DNA of 64,000 nucleotides, taken from NCBI GenBank assembly GCA_002923395.1, contig BEIK01000003.1:2337-66336 (forward strand), written 5' to 3'. This DNA comes from a bacterium HR34. GTDB taxonomy: Bacteria > Patescibacteriota > Minisyncoccia > Minisyncoccales > HRBIN34. Position numbers and translations under genes: made by a program. Numbering within the stretch: position 1 is the first letter of the stretch; every line of letters starts with the position of its first letter. Under the pieces are notes generated by a model, which saw only the letters and a list, made by a program, of their open reading frames with translations, did not search any database and was not told where the DNA came from. Below are positions 1-9,212 of the stretch, piece after piece.

Positions 1-74
1 GTAATATAAAATTTGGTTTGTTCTTTGTCTTTATGGCGGTCTAAATAGTATTTATCTATTAGTTCTATAAGCAT
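1..74 (-). CDS. 5' end of a gene running off the left edge (product unknown)
   Basis: ATG at 74-72 on the minus strand opens MLIELIDKYYLDRHKDKEQTKFYI; the frame is open to position 1. It is too short to assign. Confidence 0.3.
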   Translation of the reverse strand, partial: MLIELIDKYYLDRHKDKEQTKFYI

Positions 75-269
75 TGTTTAGGTTTATTATTTTAATTTTA
101 TTATAAAATCACTAAAAGTCAAAAATCGGTTTTCTCAGCAAAAGTTATAAAAAGTTAGCGAGATTTAAATTAGAAATCGTTCTTTATGTATATATCACTT
201 GACAAATATTTTATAACTGATATTTTAAAATTAATTAAAGTTTATATAAAAATTTAAATAATCGAAAAT

Positions 270-2546
270 ATGACTAAAATAAAAAATATCTTTTTGTTTA
301 CTAGTTTATCAATAACCATCGCTTTGCTTTTCTTAGTTGACAAAGTTAGCGCAGTTCAGTCCTACTCTCCTTATTGTGGAGATGGCCTGGTAAATCAATC
401 GTGGGAACAGTGTGATGGTCAAAGCTACTGTACTAGTTTTTGTCAGTTCAATAGTCAATGTATAGCTGGAGTTTTTGCTAGAATAAACGTAATTAATGTT
501 GAAAATTGGAATGGTGGAGATATGACATCTGATATATTTTTGGGTAGCGCTTCTAATAGAATACCTCAAGGCAAATGGTTTCCTCTATATGTCAATGGTA
601 GCTATATTGATGATAGCGATATTGGTAACTACGAAGTAGTTCCTGGTTTGGCTGTCCAAAGGCAAGGTTCTAATAAAAAGTTAAGAGTTAGGTTGCATGG
701 AAGCCACACCGAAGCGAGTGGAACAAAAGAGCATATTCAAGGATATATAGAGTTTATTAACGCAAGTGTTTTGACGCAGGAATCCGATAATTCTGGCAAC
801 AATAAACTAGAAAATCCTTTTGATAACATAAAGGAAAAAGAACCAACGCAAGATGAAGTTTGGATCTCGGATAATAAATCTATGTTTTGGTTAACCGTCA
901 CTACTCAGGACGATAGTTTTTATACTAATTATGGTAATGTAAATATTTGCACAAATAAACCTAAATGTTCTGATTCTATAGATAACGACGGAGATGGTAA
1001 GAAAGATATACAAGATCCGGCGTGCCACACGGATGGCAATCCAAACAATACAAATAGTTATAATCCTGACATAGATTCAGAGAACGAAAAACCAGTAATA
1101 ACTTTATTGGGCAACAACCCAATAGAGATATTACAAGGAAGCAACTTTACTGATCCAGGAGCTACAGCAAACGATCCAGAAGATGGAGATATTACTTATA
1201 AAATAACTGTATCTGGTTTTGTTAATACAAGTGTTCCTGGTCAATATACACTAACTTACAATGTTGCTGATTCAAAAGGTTTAGCAGCAGACCCTGTCCA
1301 AAGAACAGTTATAGTTAAGCAAATTAGTAATCCAGTCAATCATAAGCCAACAATAACCCTTCTTGGAGCAAATCCAATTACCATTTTACAGGGAAATTCT
1401 TTCATTGATCCTGGCGCAACTGCTTATGATATAGAAGATGGAGATATTACTTATAAAATAACTGTATCTGGTTTTGTTAATACAAGTGTTCCTGGTCAAT
1501 ATACACTAACTTACAATGTTGCTGATTCAAAAGGTTTAGCAGCAGACCCTGTCCAAAGAACAGTTATAGTTAAGGAAAAACAATCACTTGAAATATTTAA
1601 TGAAAAAGTAGAAGAAACAGAGGAAAAAGGTAAGGTAAGAATAACATGGGAAACGAACCTTCCCTCGACAAGTAGGGTAGTTTATGACATTTTATCTCAT
1701 AGTCAACCCGAAGGAGGTTATTTGTATGGTTATAGATGGAGTAGCGCAAAAGATGAGAATCTTGTGTTAAGACATTCTGTTTTTATTTCTGGTTTGGTAG
1801 ATGGAGTAACATACTATTTCAGAGTCGTTTCGGGCAATGATTCTTTAAGAGAAAAGGTAGGGAAGGAACTTTCAATAAAACTTATTCCAGATAGACCCAA
1901 CGAATGTAATTATCTTTTGGAATACATCCAACTTGGCGCGAATAACAATCCCAAGGAGGTTTTGAAGTTAAAAGTTTTCTTGAATGTATTTGAAAAAGAA
2001 AATCTTCAACTAAACGGTATATATGACATTGCAGCATTTGAAGCTGTTAAAAGGTTCCAGGCTAAATACTTAAACGACATAATAACTCCATGGGGGCACG
2101 AAAGCCCAACTGGTTATGTTTATATACTTACAAAGAAGAAAATAAATGAAATATACTGCCAAAAAGCATTTCCCTTAACCCCTGCTCAAGAAAAAGAAAT
2201 TGAGGAGTTTAGAAGTTTTATTGAGGGATTGAGAAAAGCTAATGTTTTTGGCAAAAATGGTAATAACGAAGACAATTTGAGTGGTGCATCTCAAGAAGTT
2301 AACAATGTGCCACAGGAAATTGCTTCATCAACATCCGAAAAAACTGCCGTAGATGAAGGCGGTAGTAAAAATATGCAAGAAAATAAACAATTTGAGAAAG
2401 ACTCTAAAAATAAATCTCTTTTTGCTTCTTTAATAAATGTAATAGATGAACAATGGGGAGGATTAGGTAATGTTTTTCTGCTTTTTATAATTATACTTAT
2501 TGTTGTGGCCTTCATTTATTTCAGAAGAAATTCTGAGAATAGATAA
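270..2546 (+). CDS. secreted/cell-surface multidomain protein: signal peptide, Cys-rich N-domain, two Ig-like DUF5011-type repeats, FN3-like module, peptidoglycan-binding-like module, C-terminal TM anchor
   Basis: Signal-like N-terminus MTKIKNIFLFTSLSITIALLFLVDKVSA. Two copies of ITLLG.NPI.ILQG..F.DPGATA.D.EDGDITYKITVSGFVNTSVPGQYTLTYNVADSKG. ITWETN...TYYFRVVS (FN3-like). LNGIYD..AFEAVKRFQAKY (PG_binding_1-like). Hydrophobic C-terminus FLLFIIILIVVAFIYF. Confidence 0.75.
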   Translation: MTKIKNIFLFTSLSITIALLFLVDKVSAVQSYSPYCGDGLVNQSWEQCDGQSYCTSFCQFNSQCIAGVFARINVINVENWNGGDMTSDIFLGSASNRIPQGKWFPLYVNGSYIDDSDIGNYEVVPGLAVQRQGSNKKLRVRLHGSHTEASGTKEHIQGYIEFINASVLTQESDNSGNNKLENPFDNIKEKEPTQDEVWISDNKSMFWLTVTTQDDSFYTNYGNVNICTNKPKCSDSIDNDGDGKKDIQDPACHTDGNPNNTNSYNPDIDSENEKPVITLLGNNPIEILQGSNFTDPGATANDPEDGDITYKITVSGFVNTSVPGQYTLTYNVADSKGLAADPVQRTVIVKQISNPVNHKPTITLLGANPITILQGNSFIDPGATAYDIEDGDITYKITVSGFVNTSVPGQYTLTYNVADSKGLAADPVQRTVIVKEKQSLEIFNEKVEETEEKGKVRITWETNLPSTSRVVYDILSHSQPEGGYLYGYRWSSAKDENLVLRHSVFISGLVDGVTYYFRVVSGNDSLREKVGKELSIKLIPDRPNECNYLLEYIQLGANNNPKEVLKLKVFLNVFEKENLQLNGIYDIAAFEAVKRFQAKYLNDIITPWGHESPTGYVYILTKKKINEIYCQKAFPLTPAQEKEIEEFRSFIEGLRKANVFGKNGNNEDNLSGASQEVNNVPQEIASSTSEKTAVDEGGSKNMQENKQFEKDSKNKSLFASLINVIDEQWGGLGNVFLLFIIILIVVAFIYFRRNSENR

Positions 2547-2547
2547 G

Positions 2548-3081
2548 TTATAACAAGTTTAGGTAATCAAAAGCTAAATATCCAACGCCAAAATTTCTTA
2601 TTTTTCCCTCTTTTAGCATTTTTCTAACCTCTTTTATATCTTTTAGGTACGTTTTAATGAATTCTCCATCGTCAAGTTTTAATTTGTTTCTGACCTTTTC
2701 GCAATCTGTCGCTATAAATAAGTGCGTTTTTATTCTGTCGTAACTGTCATCATAATATGAAAAAAGTTTTTTGAACTTTCCTGTATATCCTGTTTCTTCA
2801 AGTAACTCTCTTTTTGCTCCTTCTATTGGTTTTTCATTTTTTTCTATTATTCCCGAAGGAAATTCAAAAACAATTTTGCCAGGGCCTATTCGGTACTGTT
2901 TTTCAAGTATAATTTTTTTATCTTTTGTAAAAGCGACTATTGCAGCTATATCTCTATCTAAGGTTTTTATTTGAAAGGTTTTCGTTTTTCCATTTGGTAG
3001 TAAAAAGGTGTAGGCGTCGATTTTATTAAATCCGTCGAACAATCTTTCTTTTTTTAATAGTTTAAATTTTTCTATCTTCAT
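2548..3081 (-). CDS. NUDIX hydrolase (ADP-ribose pyrophosphatase-like)
   Basis: Nudix box G.....E.......REL.EE.G is present as EGAKRELLEETGY; size is 177 aa. Confidence 0.8.
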   Translation of the reverse strand: MKIEKFKLLKKERLFDGFNKIDAYTFLLPNGKTKTFQIKTLDRDIAAIVAFTKDKKIILEKQYRIGPGKIVFEFPSGIIEKNEKPIEGAKRELLEETGYTGKFKKLFSYYDDSYDRIKTHLFIATDCEKVRNKLKLDDGEFIKTYLKDIKEVRKMLKEGKIRNFGVGYLAFDYLNLL

Positions 3082-3144
3082 TTTTGAAAATTCTTTTTAA
3101 AGTTATATAATTAATTTATCATTAAAATCACCTAAGTTCAATTT

Positions 3145-4926
3145 ATGAATTCAAGCGAATTGCGAAAAAAGTTTTTGGATTATTTTGAAAAAAACGGCCA
3201 CACCGTAGTTCCGTCATCATCTTTAATACCCAAAGATTCTTCTTTGCTTTTTACTACAGCTGGAATGCAGCAATTTAAAGAATATTACCTTGGCAAACCC
3301 TCTCCTTTTGGTGAAAATGTTTGTTCGGTTCAAAAATGCATAAGAACAACAGACATAGATGAAGTTGGTGATAATACTCATTTAACATTTTTTGAGATGT
3401 TGGGAAATTTTAGTTTTGGCGGTTACTTTAAAGAAGAGGCAATAAAATACGCTCACGATTTTGCGTTAAATGAAATCTCTTTACCAAAAGAAAGAGTTTA
3501 CATTACTTATTTTAAAGGAGACGATGAAATTCCAGAAGATGTGGATTCAAAAAAAATATGGCAAGAGTTGGGTATAGCAGAAGAAAATATCTTTGGTTTT
3601 GGAAGAGATGATAATTTTTGGGGTCCAACAGGAGATGAAGGACCTTGCGGCCCTACAACAGAAATACATTACGATTTAACAGGAATGCCTTGTGGTGAAA
3701 ATTGTGCTCCTAATTGTGACTGTGGAAGGTTCGTAGAAATATGGAATATTGTTTTTAATGAATTTTACAAAAACAAAGAAGGTAAATTTTTAAAACTTGA
3801 AAGAAGCGGAATTGATACAGGTATGGGTTTTGAAAGATTGCTAACTATTTTGCAAAACAAAAACTCTGTTTATGAAACAGATGTTTTCTTGCCAATTATA
3901 GAGAAATTAGAAGATATATCGAACTTAAAATATAATGATTTTATTAAAGAATTTAGAATTATATCAGATCATATTAAGGCAAGTTGTTTTATAATAGCAG
4001 ATGGAGTTTTACCATCTAATGTTGATAGGGGTTATGTTTTAAGAAGGTTAATAAGAAGGAGCATTAGGTTTGCAAGAAATTTGAAGTTAGAAAAAAACTT
4101 TTTTGTGCCTATTTGTGAAGTTATAAAGAATATTTATGAGAAAGTTTATCCTGAAATAGGTAGAAATTTTAACGATATTTTAACTGTTTTGGAAAAAGAA
4201 AGCTATAAATTTAATAAAACATTAGAAAAAGGTTTAAAAGAATTTGAAAAACTTATCCTAAAAGGAGAATTTACAGGAAAACACACTTTTTATTTATATG
4301 AAACATTTGGTTTTCCTTTTGAATTGACAAGAGAGTTGCTGAAAGAAAAGAACATTAATATTAGCGACGAGGAATTTAAAAAAGAATTTGAAAAACATAA
4401 AGAAATTTCAAGGGCAGGTGCTGAGAAAAAGTTTGGAGGGCATGGTTTAAAACTTGGTTCTCCTGAGATAAGAGTAAAAGACGAATCTGAAATTCAAAAA
4501 GTTACGAGATTGCACACAGCAACTCATTTATTGCACGCCGCCTTGAGAAAAATTCTAGGAGAAAAAGTAAGACAGATGGGTTCTGATATAACAGCCGAAA
4601 GATTGAGATTTGATTTTTCTTTTGATAGAAAACTAACACCAGAAGAAATAAAAAAAGTAGAAGATTTGGTTAATCAAAAAATAAAAGAGGGAATTGATGT
4701 TATAAGAGAAGAAATGCCCTATGAAAAAGCAATAAAGCAAGGAGCGTTAGCTTTCTTTAAAGAGAAATATCCCGATATTGTTAGCGTTTATTCTATTGGT
4801 GACTTTTCGAAAGAATTATGCGGCGGTCCCCATGTAAAGAATACAAAAGAAGTTGGAAAGTTTAAAATAATTAAGCAGGAATCAATAGGTGCCAACATTA
4901 AAAGAATTAAGGCAGTGGTAGAATAA
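3145..4926 (+). CDS. alaS: alanyl-tRNA synthetase, short form (catalytic plus editing domains, no C-Ala domain)
   Basis: Canonical N-terminus SSELRKKFLDYFEKNGHTVVPSSSLIP and FTTAGMQQFK. Editing-domain motifs HTATHLLHAALRKILG and CGGPHV. The protein ends about 30 aa after CGGPHV (593 aa). Confidence 0.9.
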   Translation: MNSSELRKKFLDYFEKNGHTVVPSSSLIPKDSSLLFTTAGMQQFKEYYLGKPSPFGENVCSVQKCIRTTDIDEVGDNTHLTFFEMLGNFSFGGYFKEEAIKYAHDFALNEISLPKERVYITYFKGDDEIPEDVDSKKIWQELGIAEENIFGFGRDDNFWGPTGDEGPCGPTTEIHYDLTGMPCGENCAPNCDCGRFVEIWNIVFNEFYKNKEGKFLKLERSGIDTGMGFERLLTILQNKNSVYETDVFLPIIEKLEDISNLKYNDFIKEFRIISDHIKASCFIIADGVLPSNVDRGYVLRRLIRRSIRFARNLKLEKNFFVPICEVIKNIYEKVYPEIGRNFNDILTVLEKESYKFNKTLEKGLKEFEKLILKGEFTGKHTFYLYETFGFPFELTRELLKEKNINISDEEFKKEFEKHKEISRAGAEKKFGGHGLKLGSPEIRVKDESEIQKVTRLHTATHLLHAALRKILGEKVRQMGSDITAERLRFDFSFDRKLTPEEIKKVEDLVNQKIKEGIDVIREEMPYEKAIKQGALAFFKEKYPDIVSVYSIGDFSKELCGGPHVKNTKEVGKFKIIKQESIGANIKRIKAVVE

Positions 4927-4927
4927 A

Positions 4928-6049
4928 ATGAGTTTTATAAACCTATTTTCAGGCTCAAAAAAATATTTGGTTTTTGATGTGGGGACAGAGTCCATAAAAG
5001 CTGGTCTTTTTTTGAAAAGCAAGAATGGTTTAAAGTTAAGTAATGTTTTTAATTATGATTTTAAGAATTCTATTTTACTTGAAGGTATTTCTTCTAGCGT
5101 TTATTTTGATGGCATTAAAAAAGCAATGTCTGACTTTTTTAACATAATGAAAAAAAATAAAATAAAAAGCGATGGCTTTTATACAACGGTGCCGGCTTTC
5201 TTTTCAAAATACTTTATTGTTGATGTTAACATAAACAGAAAAGATAAAAATAAACCGATAAACAAATTAGAAGAGCAAAAAATTAAAAAAACCATATTTA
5301 ATTTAAGTTATGAAAACGTTTTGAAAAATTATGGATTTCCTAACGAACAATATATTTTAAGTAATTATGATATTCTTTCCTATAAAATTTTAGGGTATAG
5401 GGTTAAAGATATTTTTAACAAAATAGGCGACAAAATATCAGCTAAAGTTGTTATGTTTTTTATTGATAAAAAATTTGAAGATATCTTCAAAGAGGTGGGA
5501 AAAACTTATAAAGTGAGTTTTGTGAACGAAGTAAATCCAATTAAAGGTATAATAAATATCAGCGACAGAAAATCTGTATTTTTAGACGTTGGTGGTTTAA
5601 CAACAGAATGCTTTTATTTTGGCGATTTTGGTTTTGAGGAAGTAGGTGTTTTTAACTTTGGCGGATATTTTCTAACAAAAGAACTTTCTCAAAAATTGGG
5701 AATTTCGTACGGTTCTGCAAAAGATTTAAAAGAAAAATACATTCTTGGAAAGGTTTCTTCAAAGGTAAGAGAAAGGATAAATAGCCATTTTGGGTCAATT
5801 GTAGATATATGGGTAGCCGAACTTAAAGATTATTTTGAGGAGAAAAATATAGTTTATTTCGATAATATATTTTTATATGGAGGAACAGCCTTGGTTGAAC
5901 TTTTTTCTGATAAAATTGAAAATAAATTTGGTATAAAGCCGAAATTTTTACATCCTGAAAATGTAAAAGGAGTTGTGGTAGAGGGCGATTTGGAAATAAA
6001 AACAGATCTTCGATATACTAATTTATTATTAGTTTCTCACTCTATATAA
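4928..6049 (+). CDS. actin-like ATPase of the FtsA/PilM family
   Basis: N-terminal phosphate-1-like FDVGTESIKAG, later FLDVGGLTTE and IFLYGGTA motifs typical of the ASKHA/actin fold. It starts 2 nt after the alaS stop. Confidence 0.5.
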   Translation: MSFINLFSGSKKYLVFDVGTESIKAGLFLKSKNGLKLSNVFNYDFKNSILLEGISSSVYFDGIKKAMSDFFNIMKKNKIKSDGFYTTVPAFFSKYFIVDVNINRKDKNKPINKLEEQKIKKTIFNLSYENVLKNYGFPNEQYILSNYDILSYKILGYRVKDIFNKIGDKISAKVVMFFIDKKFEDIFKEVGKTYKVSFVNEVNPIKGIINISDRKSVFLDVGGLTTECFYFGDFGFEEVGVFNFGGYFLTKELSQKLGISYGSAKDLKEKYILGKVSSKVRERINSHFGSIVDIWVAELKDYFEEKNIVYFDNIFLYGGTALVELFSDKIENKFGIKPKFLHPENVKGVVVEGDLEIKTDLRYTNLLLVSHSI

Positions 6050-6050
6050 A

Positions 6051-7265
6051 ATGGTTAAAAAAATATCCGATATAGTAATTCAAAAAAAAGAAAAAAGAAT
6101 AGAAAAGCCGAAATTAGTTGTTAATAAATTCTTTATACTTTTTATTTGTTTGGTATTTCTGGGATTGGCATTTTATTTTGTTTATGGTTACACAAATAAC
6201 TCTCTAAAAATTATAATCTTTCCGAAAAACGAAATAGTTAAAGAAACATTTATTTTTAAAGCAGACCCGTCTGTAAAAGAAGCAAACATAAAAAATAGTG
6301 TTGTGCCAGGTTATGTTATGACAACTCAACTTTATGCCTCTGACACTTTTGAAAGCACGGGCGAGAAAAAAATAGAAGAAAAAGCAAGAGGTAAAATAGT
6401 TGTATATAATAATTATTCATCATCGCCTCAAACTTTTGTAAAGGGAACAAGATTTTTATCTGCCAGTGGAAAACTTTTTAGATCAACAGAGCAAGTAGTT
6501 GTGCCGGGTAAAAAAGGTAATACTCCGGGGCAGGTTGAAGTAGAAGTTGTTGCTGACAAACCAGGCCCTGATTACAATATAGAACCAACAACATTTTCAA
6601 TTCCGGCATTTGTTGGTACTAACATGTATACATTCTTTTATGCTAAATCTTTTGAAAAATTTAAAGGCGGAGAAATAAAAGTTGTAAAATCTATATCAGA
6701 AGACGACATCCAGAAAGCGAAAAGCCAGTTACAAGAAAGATTAAAAAATACCATTAAAAACAACTTCGACAAAAAAGCTGAAAGTTTGGGGTATTTGGTT
6801 TTTTATGAATCTTTAGATGTAAAATTTGAAGATATAAATAATGGTGTAAAAGAAGGTCAGCAGGTTGAAAAATTTTTATGGGAAATAAAGGCTGATGCAA
6901 AAGTTTTGGCAATAAACAAAAAAGATTTAGAAAAGTTGGCAAACAATATACTTCAAGAAAAGATTTTGAAAGAAAATAAAAACAAAATATATAAAGGAGA
7001 TGTAAATATTAAACTATTGTCTGGCGATGTTAATTTCAAAGATTATTATGCTGTTGTAAAGTCAGAAGCGTCATTTAAATTTTACGATGACATTAACACT
7101 GATGAGATTAAAGAGAAGTTGATTTCTTTGGATAAAGGAGGTATAATTACTTTATTGAATTCTTACAATGGGATTAAGGATTATAACATAGTTTTTGAAC
7201 CTTTCTTTGTTCAAATTGCGCCAAAAGACAAAGAAAGGATAAACATAGTATTAAAATTTGACTAA
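6051..7265 (+). CDS. single-pass membrane protein, unknown function (weak resemblance to proteins annotated baseplate J/gp47-like in small-genome bacteria)
   Basis: N-terminal TM FFILFICLVFLGLAFYFVYGY, then a beta-rich ectodomain (KGTRFLSASGKLFRSTEQVVVPG..VEVEVVADKPGPDYNI). It is tightly coupled to the upstream actin-like gene. Confidence 0.55.
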   Translation: MVKKISDIVIQKKEKRIEKPKLVVNKFFILFICLVFLGLAFYFVYGYTNNSLKIIIFPKNEIVKETFIFKADPSVKEANIKNSVVPGYVMTTQLYASDTFESTGEKKIEEKARGKIVVYNNYSSSPQTFVKGTRFLSASGKLFRSTEQVVVPGKKGNTPGQVEVEVVADKPGPDYNIEPTTFSIPAFVGTNMYTFFYAKSFEKFKGGEIKVVKSISEDDIQKAKSQLQERLKNTIKNNFDKKAESLGYLVFYESLDVKFEDINNGVKEGQQVEKFLWEIKADAKVLAINKKDLEKLANNILQEKILKENKNKIYKGDVNIKLLSGDVNFKDYYAVVKSEASFKFYDDINTDEIKEKLISLDKGGIITLLNSYNGIKDYNIVFEPFFVQIAPKDKERINIVLKFD

Positions 7266-7317
7266 TTTTTTTGTTTTTGTTATGATTTTTAAAATTAACT
7301 TAAAAATATAAAATATA

Positions 7318-7533
7318 ATGCCCTTGAAGGTTCAAGGTAAAGTTATTGAAGCTTTAGCCGATTCTACTTTTAGAGTTTTGTTAGAAGAGAATAATTCTGA
7401 AATTTTGGCTTACGTTGCAGGTAGATTAAGGATGAACAAAATCAAGATATTACCCGGAGATACAGTTGTAGTTGAAATTAATTCACTTTCTGACAAAAGA
7501 GGTAGAATAGTTTACAGGGGTAGAATGAAATAA
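7318..7533 (+). CDS. infA: translation initiation factor IF-1
   Basis: 71-aa S1-like protein: [41 protein letters not shown]....D..RGRIVYR. Confidence 0.9.
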   Translation: MPLKVQGKVIEALADSTFRVLLEENNSEILAYVAGRLRMNKIKILPGDTVVVEINSLSDKRGRIVYRGRMK

Positions 7534-7543
7534 AAACAAAATT

Positions 7544-7657
7544 ATGAAAGTGGCCCCATCAGTAAAAAAAAGATGCAAGGATTGTAAGGTTGTAAGAAGA
7601 AAAAGGAGAGTTTATATTATTTGTAAAAATCCAAAACATAAACAAAAACAAGGATAA
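7544..7657 (+). CDS. rpmJ: ribosomal protein L36
   Basis: I translated the unlisted 37-codon ORF as [37 protein letters not shown]. It has the classic Zn-ribbon L36 and lies between infA and rpsM. Confidence 0.85.
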   Translation: MKVAPSVKKRCKDCKVVRRKRRVYIICKNPKHKQKQG

Positions 7658-7670
7658 TTAATTTTATTTT

Positions 7671-8060
7671 ATGGTAAGAATTTTAGGTGTAGAATTAGAT
7701 GACAAAAAACAAATATGGATAGCTTTAACTAAAATTTACGGGATAGGAAAATCCAGAAGTTTGGAAATTTTAAAAAAAGCAAATGTCGAACCTTTTTTAA
7801 AAACATCACAATTGACACCAGAACAATTAAATAAAATTAAAGAGATAATAGAGAAAAATTACAAAATTGAAGGTGAACTAAAGAGAGAAGTTTTAATGAA
7901 TATAAGAAGGTTAAAAGAAATAGGTTGTTGGAGAGGATTAAGGCATATTAAAGGTTTACCAGTGAGAGGACAAAGGACAAGAACAAATAATAGAACAGTA
8001 AGAGGTAATAAAAGAAGGACAGTTGGGTCTGGAAGAAAACCACCACCATCACCAACATAA
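7671..8060 (+). CDS. rpsM: ribosomal protein S13
   Basis: MVRILGVELD..K.I.IALT.IYGIG...S..IL and GLRH..GLPVRGQRTRTN. Confidence 0.95.
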   Translation: MVRILGVELDDKKQIWIALTKIYGIGKSRSLEILKKANVEPFLKTSQLTPEQLNKIKEIIEKNYKIEGELKREVLMNIRRLKEIGCWRGLRHIKGLPVRGQRTRTNNRTVRGNKRRTVGSGRKPPPSPT

Positions 8061-8111
8061 TATTTTATTTATTATTTTTAATAGTTTAAATAGTTAAAAT
8101 TAATTAAAGCT

Positions 8112-8561
8112 GTGGGTAAAAAGCGAGTTATACAACAAACAGAGGAAGAGTTAATTCAAGAAACAACTGAAATAGAGCAAAAACTTCAGGGTGATGTTAA
8201 AGTTGCAAAATCAGGTTTAAGAGAAGGTAGGATTTATATTAAATCAACATATAATAACACGATAATGACTCTAACTGATGACAAAGGAAATACTATTGCT
8301 TGGGTATCCGCAGGAAAGATTGGTTTTAAGGGTACAAAAAAAGGAACTCCTTTTGCTGCTTCCAAAGTTGCAGAAGCATTGTCTGCTGCAATTGAAAAGG
8401 TAAAGGTATCAAAAGTTATGATATATGTTCAAGGTGTTGGTACAGGAAGAGACACTGCTTTGAGAACTTTAGCAGCTAAAAATATAGATATAATAGGCAT
8501 AAAAGATATAACACCAATAAGGCATGGTGGATGCAGGCCGCCAAAAGTAAGAAGAGTATAA
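8112..8561 (+). CDS. rpsK: ribosomal protein S11 (GTG start, acidic N-terminal extension)
   Basis: IYIKSTYNNTIMTLTD..GN.IAW.SAG..GFKG.KK.TPFAA and the C-terminus ITPI.HGGCRPPK.RR. Confidence 0.9.
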   Translation: MGKKRVIQQTEEELIQETTEIEQKLQGDVKVAKSGLREGRIYIKSTYNNTIMTLTDDKGNTIAWVSAGKIGFKGTKKGTPFAASKVAEALSAAIEKVKVSKVMIYVQGVGTGRDTALRTLAAKNIDIIGIKDITPIRHGGCRPPKVRRV

Positions 8562-8576
8562 TTTATAATATTTTTT

Positions 8577-9188
8577 ATGAAGGTAAAAACAAAAACAAAA
8601 ATAATAAGAAGGTTAGGAACGGTTTTGTGGCCAAGGTATTCTAAATATTTTTTAAGAAGACCTTATCCACCTGGCCAAAAACCAAAAAGAAAAAAAACAG
8701 GATTTTCGGAATTTGGAAGACAACTTCAAGAAAAACAGAAGGTGAGATATTTATATTATGTTTCAGATAATTATTTAAGAAATCTAGTTAAAAGTATTAC
8801 AAAGAAAACATTAAAAGAAGATCCATCTCAGATTTTATTGAAAAATTTAGAAATGCGCCTTGACAATGCCGTGTTAAAATCTGGTTTTGCCAATTCCATC
8901 TTTCAGGCAGCGCAATTTGTAAGCCACCGTCATATTAAAGTAAATGGAAAAAAACTAAATATAAGATCTTACAGAGTAAAAGTAGGGGATGTGATTTCTT
9001 TTTCTGATAAATTCAAAAAATCAAAAATATTTCAGGAAATTGCCAAGAGCATTGAAAAATATAACGCTCCAAATTGGATTGAGGTGGACAAAAAGAATTT
9101 TACAGCAAAAATTTTAAGAGAACCAACATTAGAAGATGTAAAATTGCCAGTAGAGCTTTCAGCGGTGTTTGAATTTTATTCTAAATAA
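8577..9188 (+). CDS. rpsD: ribosomal protein S4
   Basis: EFG.QL.EKQK.R..Y plus an S4 RNA-binding domain (RLDN.V...GFA.S...A.Q.V.H.HI.VNGK..NI.SY.V..GD). Confidence 0.9.
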   Translation: MKVKTKTKIIRRLGTVLWPRYSKYFLRRPYPPGQKPKRKKTGFSEFGRQLQEKQKVRYLYYVSDNYLRNLVKSITKKTLKEDPSQILLKNLEMRLDNAVLKSGFANSIFQAAQFVSHRHIKVNGKKLNIRSYRVKVGDVISFSDKFKKSKIFQEIAKSIEKYNAPNWIEVDKKNFTAKILREPTLEDVKLPVELSAVFEFYSK

Positions 9189-9212
9189 TAATTAACAATT
9201 AAAGGTTAAAAT

